Source of the DNA: the human T2T-CHM13v2.0 reference genome, Homo sapiens
DNA length: 64,000 bases
Direction: 5' to 3' (one strand)
Assembly: GCF_009914755.1 (NCBI RefSeq)
Contig: NC_060936.1
Below, one piece after another: positions 26,850-39,424 of this stretch. The notes under the pieces were generated by a model that saw nothing but the letters and a program-made list of their open reading frames with translations, had not been told where the DNA came from and searched no databases. Positions within the stretch are counted from its first letter, which is position 1; the number at the start of each line of letters is the position of its first letter. The translations under genes were made by a program, and so were the position numbers.

Positions 26850-29202
26850 GTAAGAGTATATGATTTCTTACAAATGTAATTCGTGATCCAGGCAGGAACC
26901 TGTGAAGCATGTTCCAATGGACTGTTTAAAGTCATAATCTCATTGAACTGTAGGCTCTTGTAAAACAAGGGACAGGTTTTATATTCCTTTGACATCCCCC
27001 ATGTCTAAGCATATTTCAAGGATCCTAAATCTACCTATACACAAAACAAAGTTTCAGTTTTTCTTAAACCTATCATTTTTTTAAACTGTCCGTCATTTTA
27101 AGATAGCCTACATTCTTGAGTGTCTCCCACTGGTACAAAATAAACTTTACAGGGATGGGCTTCCTTGTATAGATCCCCCAGTGGGTAGAATAGTGACCTA
27201 AAATGCACCAGCCTTCAGTTGATTGTGTTGTCTGAAGTCTCTCTGAGTTTCCATTTGCCTCTGTAATCTGGAAACTTCATTGCAACTGTAAATAGACCTA
27301 TCTATTTGTGTGCCATTTTGGAAAAATTAGTGTTTTTTTTGGAGGCATTCCCCTTTGTTCAGGTTGTGTCTCAATAGAGTTTAATATTTCCTTTGTACAT
27401 GTACTGGGTACAGGTAATAGGCACACCGAATCAGAGTAATTTATTTATTGCATATTCCTAATGCTTTTTATATTCCAGAGCTAGTTAACTGCTAAAAGGA
27501 TGACACCTGGAACAGAGAAAATTGTTTACTCTTGCCAAGCTTTGCAGACTTCACCCCACAAACACCATATGCAGCTATCCAAGTTTCTTTTTCTGTTTTT
27601 TTTTTTTCTGTTTGTTTCATTAAAAAAAAACACTCATTCTGTTATTATCTGTTTACACAGATACTTTGGAAACCATAATGTGGCGTAAAGAATGGACTTT
27701 GAAAGGGACCTCAGACAGCAACTTGTCTCATCCCTGTAACTTACAGATGAGGAAACAGTATCAGAAATATTAGGGCTTTGCCAAAGGTGGCACAGCTCAT
27801 TGTTCTGCTTGGAGCCAATACCCCTCCTAATGTCTTGGCTGAAGCCATTTTTGAAGGCAGATGCTAATATGCTGAATTCACAGGACAGCCTTCTTGCTTG
27901 GCAAATAAGTGTTAACTAAAGTGCTTATTCAGGTAGACTCCTGAGTGTCTCTTAATGTAAAATCCAAAACATAGTGAGGATTGGTCATCAATTGAAAATG
28001 TCTACATCAAGACATGGTACATGGTCATTCCATTTCCCCAGCTGAGATGTTTTTTTCGATTAAGGTTTGTGCAAGAATGTGGTTTCTAGCAATGGCCCTT
28101 CAGGTCTGGCATGTTTACCTTCTTCATACCACCATTGGAAAAGATAGAATCCACCCATCCACTTGGCTGGGTTTATAGACACAATTTTGAAATCTATTAG
28201 GCTGAGAAATTTGGCTCCAGCCCAGTGAGCCCATACTTGATGGTCTCTTTCAATGTTGTACAGCAAGCCCGAAGAGCCTGGATGAAAATTCAATCCACTC
28301 CTTTTGTTCTTTACTTTTTAATATTACTGCAAAATAATATTTGTAACTTCTATGTAAGTTACAAAGTATGATAATAAAATGAACACCTGGAACCACCATC
28401 TGATTTATGAACCAGAATGCTATTTTTCAAATTATAGTGACAAACTAATTGTAGATTACTAACTCCAGTTTTTTTTTAATGGAATGGAAAATTAATATTG
28501 GAGTGTATGAAAACAGAAAGGGTAAACAATTGTTTTGTGAAACTTGTCTCATATTTTGTATATGTATGTTTACATATATGCACACAAAGGTAAAATGTTT
28601 TTCTTGTTGTGGGTAAAAAAAAAAAAGAGAAACACTGAACTAGAATATTCCTAAAACCACGGAAGCTACTTTCAATCCCATACCTCTACCCTACCAGAGG
28701 TATCATCTTTCTAAATTTTATTGTGTTTTATTCTCTTGCTCTAAAGACAGTTTTACCACATAGATTCGTAGTCTTAACAACTTATATTTAGATTTACTTT
28801 ATTTTATGCTTTGTAAAAAATGGTATCATGTGGTATGAAGTCTTCTGAGACTTGCTTTTTTTATCAGTGTTGTCTTTAAGATTCATTTTTATTGTTAGAT
28901 GCAACTATAGTTTATGCATTTTCACTGCTGTATAATATTCCAGTGAATGAACTGTCTATAATTTATTTATCTATTTATTGTCTGTTCATGGACATTGGAG
29001 TTGACTCCAACTTTAAACATTTTTCTACTATTATAAGTAATGTTGCCATGAATATTCATATACATGTCTCCTACTTGCCTTATCAAGAATTTTTTCTCTA
29101 GGCTTACATGTTATGCACATATTCAGTTTTGCAAGATAATGTTAATGTGTTTTCCAGAGTGAGCATATCAATTTTCACTCTCATCTCACCTGCAGGATAT
29201 GA

Positions 29203-29670
<468 letters not shown>

Positions 29671-29769
29671 CTGAAAAAAGTTATTTAGTTTTAATTGTTC
29701 TTTAACATTACTCACTTGAACCTCAATTTGATGAATGACTTAAACTGGTCCCTTTCTCTTTGTGTGCAG

Positions 29770-29928
29770 ACAGTGCCAGAAAGAAACAAATCAAATGGAC
29801 TTTACTTTCGAGATGGAAAGTGTCGAATTGACTACATCCTTGTGTACAGAAAATCCAACCCCCAGACTGAAAAGAGAGAAGTATTTGAAAGAAACATTAG
29901 AGCAGAAGGATTGCAAATGGAGAAAGAG
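29770..29928 (+). CDS. ANO4: ANO4 coding exon, 159 nt, phase 0-0 ([53 protein letters not shown])
   Basis: Acceptor cctttctctttgtgtgcag|ACA; donor GAG|GTAAAT at 29929; anoctamin FRDG/IDYILVY motif. Confidence 0.96.
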
Positions 29929-32900
29929 GTAAATAGTTTGCTTGGATGAGAAAAAAATATATACATATCTATTCATATGAAGAGGCAATAAGAAATAAGC
30001 AAGCAGTCTTAATGTTAACCAAACATTTCATTTGGTCAGAGTTTTCCAGTCTTCAGAGTTTGGGGAATGTTCCAATATTTAGACTTTGACAGCACAGTTT
30101 GCTTTTGAGATAATTTTAATGCCAAATGATTCCATGAAAATCAAAATATTCTATTCCAATTAAATGGATTGTTTCAAAGTGTGATTCCTTATCTAACTTC
30201 CTACGTCTGCCATTTCTCTGTATATGTAAATGGAGGGTTCTGTTCGCGTGGATTAAAGAAAACTTTGAGTGAAATCCAGTCACTCTCTCTAGAGGCTCTT
30301 TTTACATTTCAGGAAATATCATGAGCTTGGGCATCCTCGTACACCAGAGGAGACTGCCTGGCCAATTTGGCCAAAAGCAGCTGGAACTTACAAAAAAGAT
30401 TCCAGTTTTAAGAGACATTCAGGCTATTTTTTTCAGGTCCCCAAGCTCAAGAGTGCCTTACCAGTGTTTGGTTCTTCCCCTTCCTTCCTTCTCTGCATGG
30501 GGAGCTTCAAGGCAGAACTAAGTAAGGAATGTACAAGAGGCCAGCCAGGCCTCTGATAGTAATCCATGATGGGCTTATGGTGTTCTCAGGAATACTGTGC
30601 ACATTTGTAGAACTTGGCCCGTTAACTGAATTATGTAACTCTTCTCGGCTTCTCCCTAAACATTGTGCAAAGCTTCTGGAGCTTTTCATAGTCAATAAGA
30701 ACAACACATTGGTAATTTAAGATACTTCTGATTCTGTTCCTCAAGGCTGAGGGGATAGATCTTTGAAGTCAGACATCCAGGTTTTTCTTTGTATGATACA
30801 GTTGCAGTTCGTACAACCTGCGAGTTGTGCCAAGGTATCAAATATTAGAAGCATAATATGCATATACTTGTTATCTGATCTTGGGACACTTCAGATAAAT
30901 GGGATTTTTTTCAGATCTGTTAGGCTGACCTCAGCTCTTGAATGTTTATAACACGGAAGCAGCATTTTTCTGGAATGTCTCCAAGAGAATTGGAAAAATG
31001 GTGAGATGAATGTGGCTGTAAGGAAACAGGTTCTTATTCTCAGGAAAGAAGAACCAGCTTTCTCAAAGACCATCTTAATTAGAGGTTCCCTGGTACAACA
31101 AACAGAATTAAAAATGTTGTTTCTTCCACCTTTGTGGAGTTCCAGAAAATCTTTCCTATACAAACTGAGTGTATAGTTGATAAATCTTACTCTTTAAGTT
31201 CTAAATTGTCTCAGACAATTGCATTTTTTTCTTAACATTAATAGCACATTCATATTTTTCTCCTTAATCATGCCTTCTTCTTTTATTCTCATTCCTAAGT
31301 GGCAGAATTTTTATATGAAGAAATAAAAGATCTGAATTGCTACTTAATCTAAAATAATGGAAGTCCTCCCTCTGACCCATTCTGACTCTGTCAAAATTCT
31401 GATTCCCATCAAAACTAGATAGCTTTGTTCAATTAATGCAAGATTTATATTTTAAGCTTCATAAGTATTCTCTACAGGCCTAGGGCTTCTTCTGTATAGA
31501 TCTTTTCAATGTTATTTCGTGATTTATTCGTTAGAACTTAAAAAGCCTAATGCTTTTCCAAATAGCGCACATTAAAGTGATGGAAAGTGTCCTGTTGTGT
31601 ATCCTAAAGCATCACCTGTACTGCAGTGTTTAGCTACCAGAATTTGAGGAGGATCATGCTGCCTGTTGTACAGTTGTGCTGCACAGTACAGTGTGGAGCA
31701 TGCTGTGAAGAATGGACTGCTTGTACGATTTTGTCTATATACAAGATAGTTTTGTTTGTTGGAATTTAAAAAAAAAATTTTAACAGGTATTTATTTTAAT
31801 GTGTACTGGAAAAAATAGCAATTGGAAAAAGGGAATTATCACTATATGGCAAAACATCATAAAAACTTATCTAAGCATTTCCCCCCTCCCCACTTTCCCC
31901 CAAAAGTTCTTCTCTGGGCATCACCTTCCATATTTCTCCTTTCCTCCACAATCTTTTAGACACTACAAACAGTTAGGTCTTCCCCTTTCTGGAACCTTCT
32001 TCACAAGTGACCTCTCCCGCTGCCTGGCTCGAGTCTTGCCCTGACTTTGCATAAATGGTGCAATTTCTCTCTAATGCAGCCTCCCAGCTCTGCTTTGCAT
32101 CTTCGTGGACTCAGTCAGCTCAGCAAGAAAAGGGCCTTTGCAGGTTCTCTTATAGATAAATTAATTTTTCCCTGCCATAAATAATTAAAAGAAAATATCC
32201 CTTGGCTGAACAGTAAACAAACCTTCATCCTTTATTCTCATAATAAGTGGCAGAATTTTTATATGAAGTATCTACATTGTATTATTAAATTTAGAAACCG
32301 TTGGAAGTATTTTTATTTAAATCAAGTTTTTTATAAGCAGCTACAGCAGAAAGACAATTTTAATGGCGATTTCAGCTTCCAGGAGTTAATTCAACCTTTT
32401 ATAGGACATAAAATGAAGAACTTAGTTCAGGGTGGAAAAGAAGAAACACCCTAGGGACCCTTGTATATCTGAAACGTTTGACACTATGCACATTTTATGA
32501 ATTATTAGTATCTTCTTAATTAGCTGTTGTCATGATGTCTAACAATTATGAAAAACATGTTTCACAGACAGATGCTTATGTTTCCAAATAGACAAAGACA
32601 GGCTTTCTAGTTCAGTTTAACATCCTTATCTCTTTAACATTGAATTTCAAGAAACACAACTAGGATAATCTTTAATTCATGATAAAAGTGAGGACATAGT
32701 CAAGTTTAATCTTTCTTAAAACCTTTGCTCCAGGCTGATTAGTCAACACATAAGTGCTTGCTTTGGTACCCTGGGTCTTTAATATTCTGCAATTCAACTT
32801 TCATAATAGCCCAGAGAAAGCAATTCACAACAAAGTTCCCAAACAAAATATCATTGAAGTCCAGGTGATTTACTTCTTAGTATCTATCCACTTAAAGTGA

Positions 32901-33224
32901 TTCCCTTCTTAAAGGTAAGCTCATATTTACTAATTAACATTTTCTATTTCTGATTTTTTCATTTTTAATTCTATGTCCATTATTGATCTTTGGATACCTA
33001 TTTTGAAATCATTGTCCTCAATAAGACATTTATCTTTTCTTTTGTATAACTAGTAAGAGGATGAGTTAACTTTGAATTATTTGGAATGTGTGAGTAACAG
33101 TTGTACTAATGGAGCACCCTCCCGCTTCAGAATCATGTGAAACATTGGGGAAGACCTTTATCATTACAGTCCTTACAAAACTAATATAATTAGGTAAATC
33201 ATATCATCTTGATGATGGTTATTT

Positions 33225-34690
33225 CATTCAAAAAATATTTATTGCACACTCACTCTATGCCAGGCATTGCTTTAAGGACTAGGATCTCAGCAGCAACAAA
33301 TAAAACAGAAAAAAAAATCCCTGCTTTGTTGGAACTTAAACAAAAAATATGTACAACATATACAAATATCAGTAAGTGCTAAAGAGAAAAAAGTAAAGCA
33401 GGAAGTGTTGAGAGGGGCTTGCAATTTTATAAAAGTCAGCAAGAGTGGGCCTCTTTTCCACAGAAAGAGAATAGCAAGTGCAAAGAGAACAGCTCCACAG
33501 GATGGAGCATGCCTGGTGTGTTCATGGAACAGTGAGGATGCCAGTATGACTGGAGTTCACTGAGCAAGGTGAAGAATAGTGAGAAATTACACCAACAAGG
33601 CAGTGGAAGCCTTAGTGATCACTGGGGGATGTTAGCTTTTCTCTGAGTGACATAGGAAGCCACTGGAGAGATTTGAGCAGAAATATAAGATCTGTTTTCT
33701 GTTTTAATAAGGACATTCGGGTTGCCTGGTAAGATTAGACTGTGAGGGGTGGAGGTGGCAAGGGCAGAAGCGGGGAGAATAATTAGGAGATTCGTTGCAA
33801 GAATCCAGGAAAGAGATGATGGTAGCTTGGTCAAGCACATAGAAGAGAGGAAGATGAGAAGAGTAGAAAGTAGCACTGATGGGAATTGCAGACAGATTGA
33901 ATGGGCAGTGTAACAAAGAAGAGTCACAGACTATTTGTCTGACACATGGTATTTATCTAAGCAGTTGGGAGAAGACAGTTGCCACTTACAGGGATGCGGA
34001 AAAGAGTAGGTCAAATTGTAGACTTGTTAAGATTGAGATATCCCAATGGAGATGTTGGGTAAGATAGAAGAGTCTGGGATTCAAGGAGAGATCTGGACTA
34101 GAGATACACATTTGAATGAGATCTCCAAAGGAGTAACTGCAAATAAAAATGAGAAGAGGTCCAAGGATTGAGCCATGGGGAACACTAGTGTTACAATTTG
34201 GATGATAAAAAGGAGGCAGCAGAAGAGACTAAGAAGGAGTCACCAAGGAGCTAGAAGGAAAATCTAGAGTGTGTGGTTCAGGAGAGATGGAGGAATCAAC
34301 TGTGTCAAATGCTGCTGATGGGGTGTGTACGATCAAAGCTGAAAGTTAATTATTGGATTTAGCAATATGGCAGGTTTGGGTGGTCTGGGCAAGAGAAGTT
34401 TCAGTGGAGAAGTCAGGGGTGAAAGCTTCATTAAAGTGTCTTCAAGAAAGAATGGGAAGAGAAAATACAGAGACAACGAATACAAACAGTTCTTTCAATA
34501 TGTTTCACTGTAAAGGAATGGAGAGAAATAGAATGATAACTGGAGTATGAAGTTTGGTCAATAAAGAGTTCTTTCTATTTTAGATGGGAGAAATAAATAC
34601 ATGTTTTTATGCTAATACAAACTATATATTTGAGATGGAAAATTGATGTTGGGAAAGAGTGGAGGAAGAATTTTTAGAGAAATGTCCTTG
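33225..34690 (-). mobile_element. L2 (L2a-like) relic, approximate bounds
   Basis: ATTCA..AAATATTTATTG...TATGCCAGGCATTG is the reverse of the L2 3' end; purine-rich L2 body (GGAAGCCACTGGAG, AACTGTGTCAAATGCTGCTGA, ATTGGATTTAGCAA). Confidence 0.75.
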
Positions 34691-35294
34691 AAGCAATAAG
34701 AAAAGAATGACCACAAGTATCTCCCATTGCATGGACTCACCTATCTGCCTCTGTGCCCACAAATGCCACCCTTCCCCAGTGCTAAGGGTGTCCTGTCCAT
34801 ACTCATTGGTAAGGCCAACCCTTCACTTTGCTTCTAAGACCCCATACCTTCTCAGTCCCACTCAAATACATTGCTTCCAAAAGAGATAAAATGTAGTACG
34901 CTTTAAAAACTGAAATGCACAAACAATACAATTTGTGGAAGTAGTTTGTTTCTGTTTGCACTCATCTCTCAGAAGGAGTGAAAAATCCAACTGCAGTAAA
35001 CACACACACACATGCATGAGCACATGTGGGTGCACAGTCGAGGTTGAATATCTTGGATACTTCTGTGTAATATGATACAAATTACATTATCAAAATTTTT
35101 ATGCTCACATTTATTAATCACTTACTATTATAATTTCCATTTAACAGATGAGACCATTGGTAACTTGCCCCAGACAACATAAGTAGTAAGAGATAAAGCC
35201 ATTATTAAAACCTAAGCATACTTGCTCTTTGCCCTTATATTGTGTTGATTTCTGGTATCTAAAGGTGAATTTCAGGGTTAAAGAAGTTAGGAGA

Positions 35295-35543
35295 GGCAGG
35301 GCATGGTGGCTCATGCCTATAATCCCAGCACTTTGGGAGGCCAAGGCGGGCGGATCACGAGGTCAGGAGATTGAGACCATCCTGGCTAACATGGTGAAAC
35401 CCTGTCTTTACTAAAAATACAACAACAACAAAAAAAATTAGCCGGCTGTGGTGGCGGACGCCTGTAGTCCCAGCTACTCGGGAGGCTGAGCTGAGATCAT
35501 GCCACTGCACTGCAGCCTGGGTGACAGAGCAAGACTTCGTCTC

Positions 35544-35571
<28 letters not shown>
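35295..35571 (+). mobile_element. Alu (AluSc/Y-like) with internal right-arm deletion and long poly(A)
   Basis: GGATCACGAGGTCAGGAGAT..AGACCATCCTGGCTAAC diagnostic positions; TSD AAGTTAGGAGA. Confidence 0.93.
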
Positions 35572-35574
<3 letters not shown>

Positions 35575-36118
35575 AGGAGACAGGCTGAGAAGACAAGTAG
35601 TGTTATGAAAAGGAAAAGGTAAAGGAACAAGGAAAATTGGGATGAATAATGAAGTTGGGTGCTGCCCAGACTGTGGTTCTTATGCCTCTAGTAGCCATAG
35701 ACTTGAATCTTGGTACATAACCACTTACAAGCTGAGTGGTCATGGGCAATTTATCAGATTTTTATGGATCTCTGTTTCCATTGTTAATCCTGAAGGTGAT
35801 ATAATTTATCGTAAATGATGAAGATTAAGTGGACCTATATATAGTGCCAATCTTTGTTTTTCCTAATTTTTACTTTTAAATTTCATATTATTGTTTTACT
35901 TCCAGTGTAAGTTGTTCAGCTACCTTCTATTTATGGCAAGTGATATTTGTTTTCCCTTTATGACTGATATAAAAGCTTTTTGTAAAATGATTATTTAAAA
36001 AAGGGAGTTATTTAAAGAAATATACAAAATTAAGATATTGTAGATGGTATTACAAATTTGACAAAAATTGTGAAGGTGGCCCGCGAATGATAGCATTCTG
36101 TGTTACTTAGCTAGTCCT

Positions 36119-36719
36119 TGTGGTGGACAGACTCTAAAGTCTGTGATGCCTGCTTCCTTTTCACACCTTCCCTTCCCCCTGAGTTCAGGTGGGACCTGTG
36201 GCTTATATTTAACCAATAGAATATGGCTTTTGCTATCATAGAATATGACAAATTTAATGGGATGTCACTCCTGTGATTATCTTATATGGTGTATAAGATC
36301 TCATCTCAGCAGACTGGCGTCAGAGAGACCCTCCTTGCTGGCTTTGAAGAAGTAAGCTACCATATTGTGAGACAGCCTATGAAGAGGGCCACCTAGCAAA
36401 GAAAGGTGGGGTGGCCTCTAGGAGCTGGCATCCAGCTGACGTCCAGCAACAAGCAGGGATCTTAGTCCTACAACCACAAGGAGATGAATTCTGCCAATAA
36501 CTGAGAATCCTGGAAGCAGGTCTTTCTTCAGTTGAGCCACTGATGAGACTACAGCCCCAGGCAAGACCTACATCATAGCCTGGTGAGACCCTAAAGCAGA
36601 GAACCCAGCTCAGCTGTGCCTGACTTCCACCCTCTAGAAACTGTGAGATAATTAATATGTGTAGTTGTAAGCCTCCAAGCCTATAGTAATTTATTATGCA
36701 ACAATAGATAATTAATACA
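36119..36719 (+). mobile_element. MLT1 (MLT1F-like) MaLR solo LTR
   Basis: TGTGGT... start, AACCAATAGAATATGGC, GGGATGTCACTCCTGTGATTA, end GCAACAATAGATAATTAATACA. Confidence 0.8.
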
Positions 36720-38439
36720 GTGATTAAAAGTCTGGGATCACACATTCTGAGTGTTCATTTGGTTCTACCATTACAAGCTGTGTGCCCTTGTAAAAGTTAA
36801 CTTATCTGCAAAATGAGGCTAATAATGGGATTTATCTCATGGGTTATTTTAATTAAGTGAGATCATTTATATCGAGTGCTTATCTCTGTGCCTTTTATAT
36901 GGTAAACATTTAGTAAACTTCATTATTATCATCATTACTGTTATCATAACGGCTAAATACAACGTGTTAACACTTTTATTTTGGAATAGTTTTCAAGGTA
37001 AACTTTAAGAAAAATTTTCATCCAGTTTACAAATTCTTTATAATGCAACCATTAGGAATAGCAACATCAGTGGGTCATATATTGTTACTGTGTATGCATT
37101 AATGAGATTTATAATTTAATGCTCTTGGAAGAACTCGGAATACATTTGGTAACAAGTTTAGCATGATCAAGGTTCAGATGTTTATCTGCTTGGAGAGGAT
37201 TTGGTTTTAGATTCATCTGGGTATAAAGTTATAGATCAATTCAGAGCTAAACAACAATAGTAACAACAACAACAAAAACTGTATTTGATTGTCCATCCCA
37301 GTGTTTCTTTACCCCCATTCAAAGGAAATCTTCACAAAGATTTCCCCACTTAAAGAGCTAATCTCATGCAGATGGCTCTGTTCCCTTGTAGACTTCCTGC
37401 CCAAATTACCCTAATTTCATCCCCATTTATATACTGCAGCCACATCCAGCTTGTTGCTGTAGATGCTCTCTCAGCATCCAGAACTCCGAGGATACAAGAA
37501 CGACAACATCCTCCCTTCCTTCACAGTTGAAAACATGATGATGAGTGTCTCAAATAAATGAGTGTCAGGACTATGTGCACTACCCAGATTTCTGTCCTCT
37601 AGGGCTTTCTGGTCAGAAAAGAAAAAAAAAGAAAAAGAAAATCAGACTTTTCTCCACCCAATAATCTCCACTTTACTCCACTCAATCTTCTTATATGTCA
37701 CACACTTGTATTACCAAGGGTCTCAAGTTAAGGTGACAAGAAAGGAGAATTTAGGACAGTCATAACCAAAGAAGGAAGAAAGCAGATTTTCTTCTGAACC
37801 TCAGAGCCCTGGCGATTCCTTGAGTGTCTTTCAGGAGCTACCAATGTCAGTCCACACTTGTGGTGGCTTTTCTGTTAACTTGAGTCTTAGGCTGGATTTC
37901 CAAAGCATAAGCAGAACTTGAGGTGAGAATTCTTCCTCAAGTTGTTGATGGGTGGGGCAATCTCAGGAGAAAGGGGCATGAGAGGAGCAGAAGAGAACAG
38001 CTAAGCCAAAAGCATGGCCTCAGCTGGACACTACCTTCAGCCTGATCCCACAGGGGAACTCGGTAATCAGCAGGTGCAGCACAGAGCTGGTCTACTTTTC
38101 AGACACGGGCCCCCACGTCAGTCAGTCATTGGCTGAGGTCTGTGAAGGTGGTGAGAGGTAGGCACTGTCCGTTTGGCTGAGGATCATTCTGGGTACCAGC
38201 AGCATACATTACCACTGGTATTGAATTAGTAGTAGAGATGCTGCCAAATCTGTGGTATTCAGACAGCACTTTTTGAGATGCCAGCAAACATGAAATTCAT
38301 GGGGGTCCTTGACCAAGTGAAGAGAGAACAAGTACACATTGGAATTTCTTCTGTTTTAATTTGTCAAGTTGTTCTTCTAATTTTAGGATGCTATTTCTCA
38401 AAGGTAAAGATTCCATGTTGCTAGTGTAATCACGTTGAG

Positions 38440-39045
38440 GGAGGACATACATGTGGCCAACAGGCATATTAAAAGCTCAATATCACTAATCATTAGAGAA
38501 ATGTAAATTAAAACCACAATGAGATACCATCTCACACCAGTCAGAATGGCTATTATTAATACTAAAAAGTCAAAAAATAACAGATGTTGGCAAAGTTGTG
38601 GAGAAAAGGGAATGTTTAGACACTGCTGGTGGGAGTGTCAGTTCAATCACTGTGGAAAGCAGTGTGGAGATTCTTCAAAGAGCTAAAAACAGAACTACCA
38701 TTCAACCCAGCAATCCCATTACTGTGTATATACCCAAAGGAATATAAGTCATTCTACCATATAGACACATACACATGTATGTTCGCTGCAGCACTGTTCA
38801 CAATAGCAAAGACATGTAATCCACCTAAATGCTCATCAATGGCAGATTGGATAAAGAAAACATAGTACTTACACATCATAGAATACTATGCAGCTATTAA
38901 AAAGAACAAGATCATGTTCTTTGTAGGGACATGGATGGAGCTGGAGGCCATTATCCTTAGCAAACTAATGCAGGAACAGAAAACCAAATACTGCATGTTT
39001 TTACTTATAAATGGGAGCTGAACGATGAGAACACATGGACATATG
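38440..39045 (+). mobile_element. L1 fragment (old L1PA/L1PB-like ORF2 end and start of 3'UTR), no poly(A)
   Basis: AAAACCACAATGAGATACCATCTCACACCAGTCAGAATGGC; peptide LWKAVWRFFKELKTELPFNPAIPLL. Confidence 0.9.
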
Positions 39046-39201
39046 TCTCTTCTTTTTTGAGAGAGAGACTTTGTCTTACTGGTTTTTGCATTCCAAAGAC
39101 TTATTACAGTGCTTAGCTTGTGGAATCCTGAGTTTGCTACAAAAGATTGTGGATAGCTGATTTTCACAGCTGAGTCTGGGTAACAACAGTCAATTCATCT
39201 C

Positions 39202-39424
39202 CAGGGTTTTTCAACATAGACCCTATTGGCATTTAGGGCTGGATAATTCTTTGTTGTAGAGGGCTATTCTGTGCTTTACAGGATATTTGGCAGCATCTCT
39301 AGCCTCTACCCACTAGATGCCAGTAGCACCTCCTTCAAGTAATGACAACCAAATATATCTCCAAGCATTGTCACATGTCCTGGTGTGGGGGGAGGGAGGA
39401 ATCATCCCTAGCTGAGAATCCCTG
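39202..39424. mobile_element. MER20 (hAT-Charlie) element, second copy
   Basis: GGGCTGGATAATTCTTTGTTGT...GCCTCTACCCACTAGATGCCAGTAGCACC...TGACAACCAAA. Confidence 0.85.
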
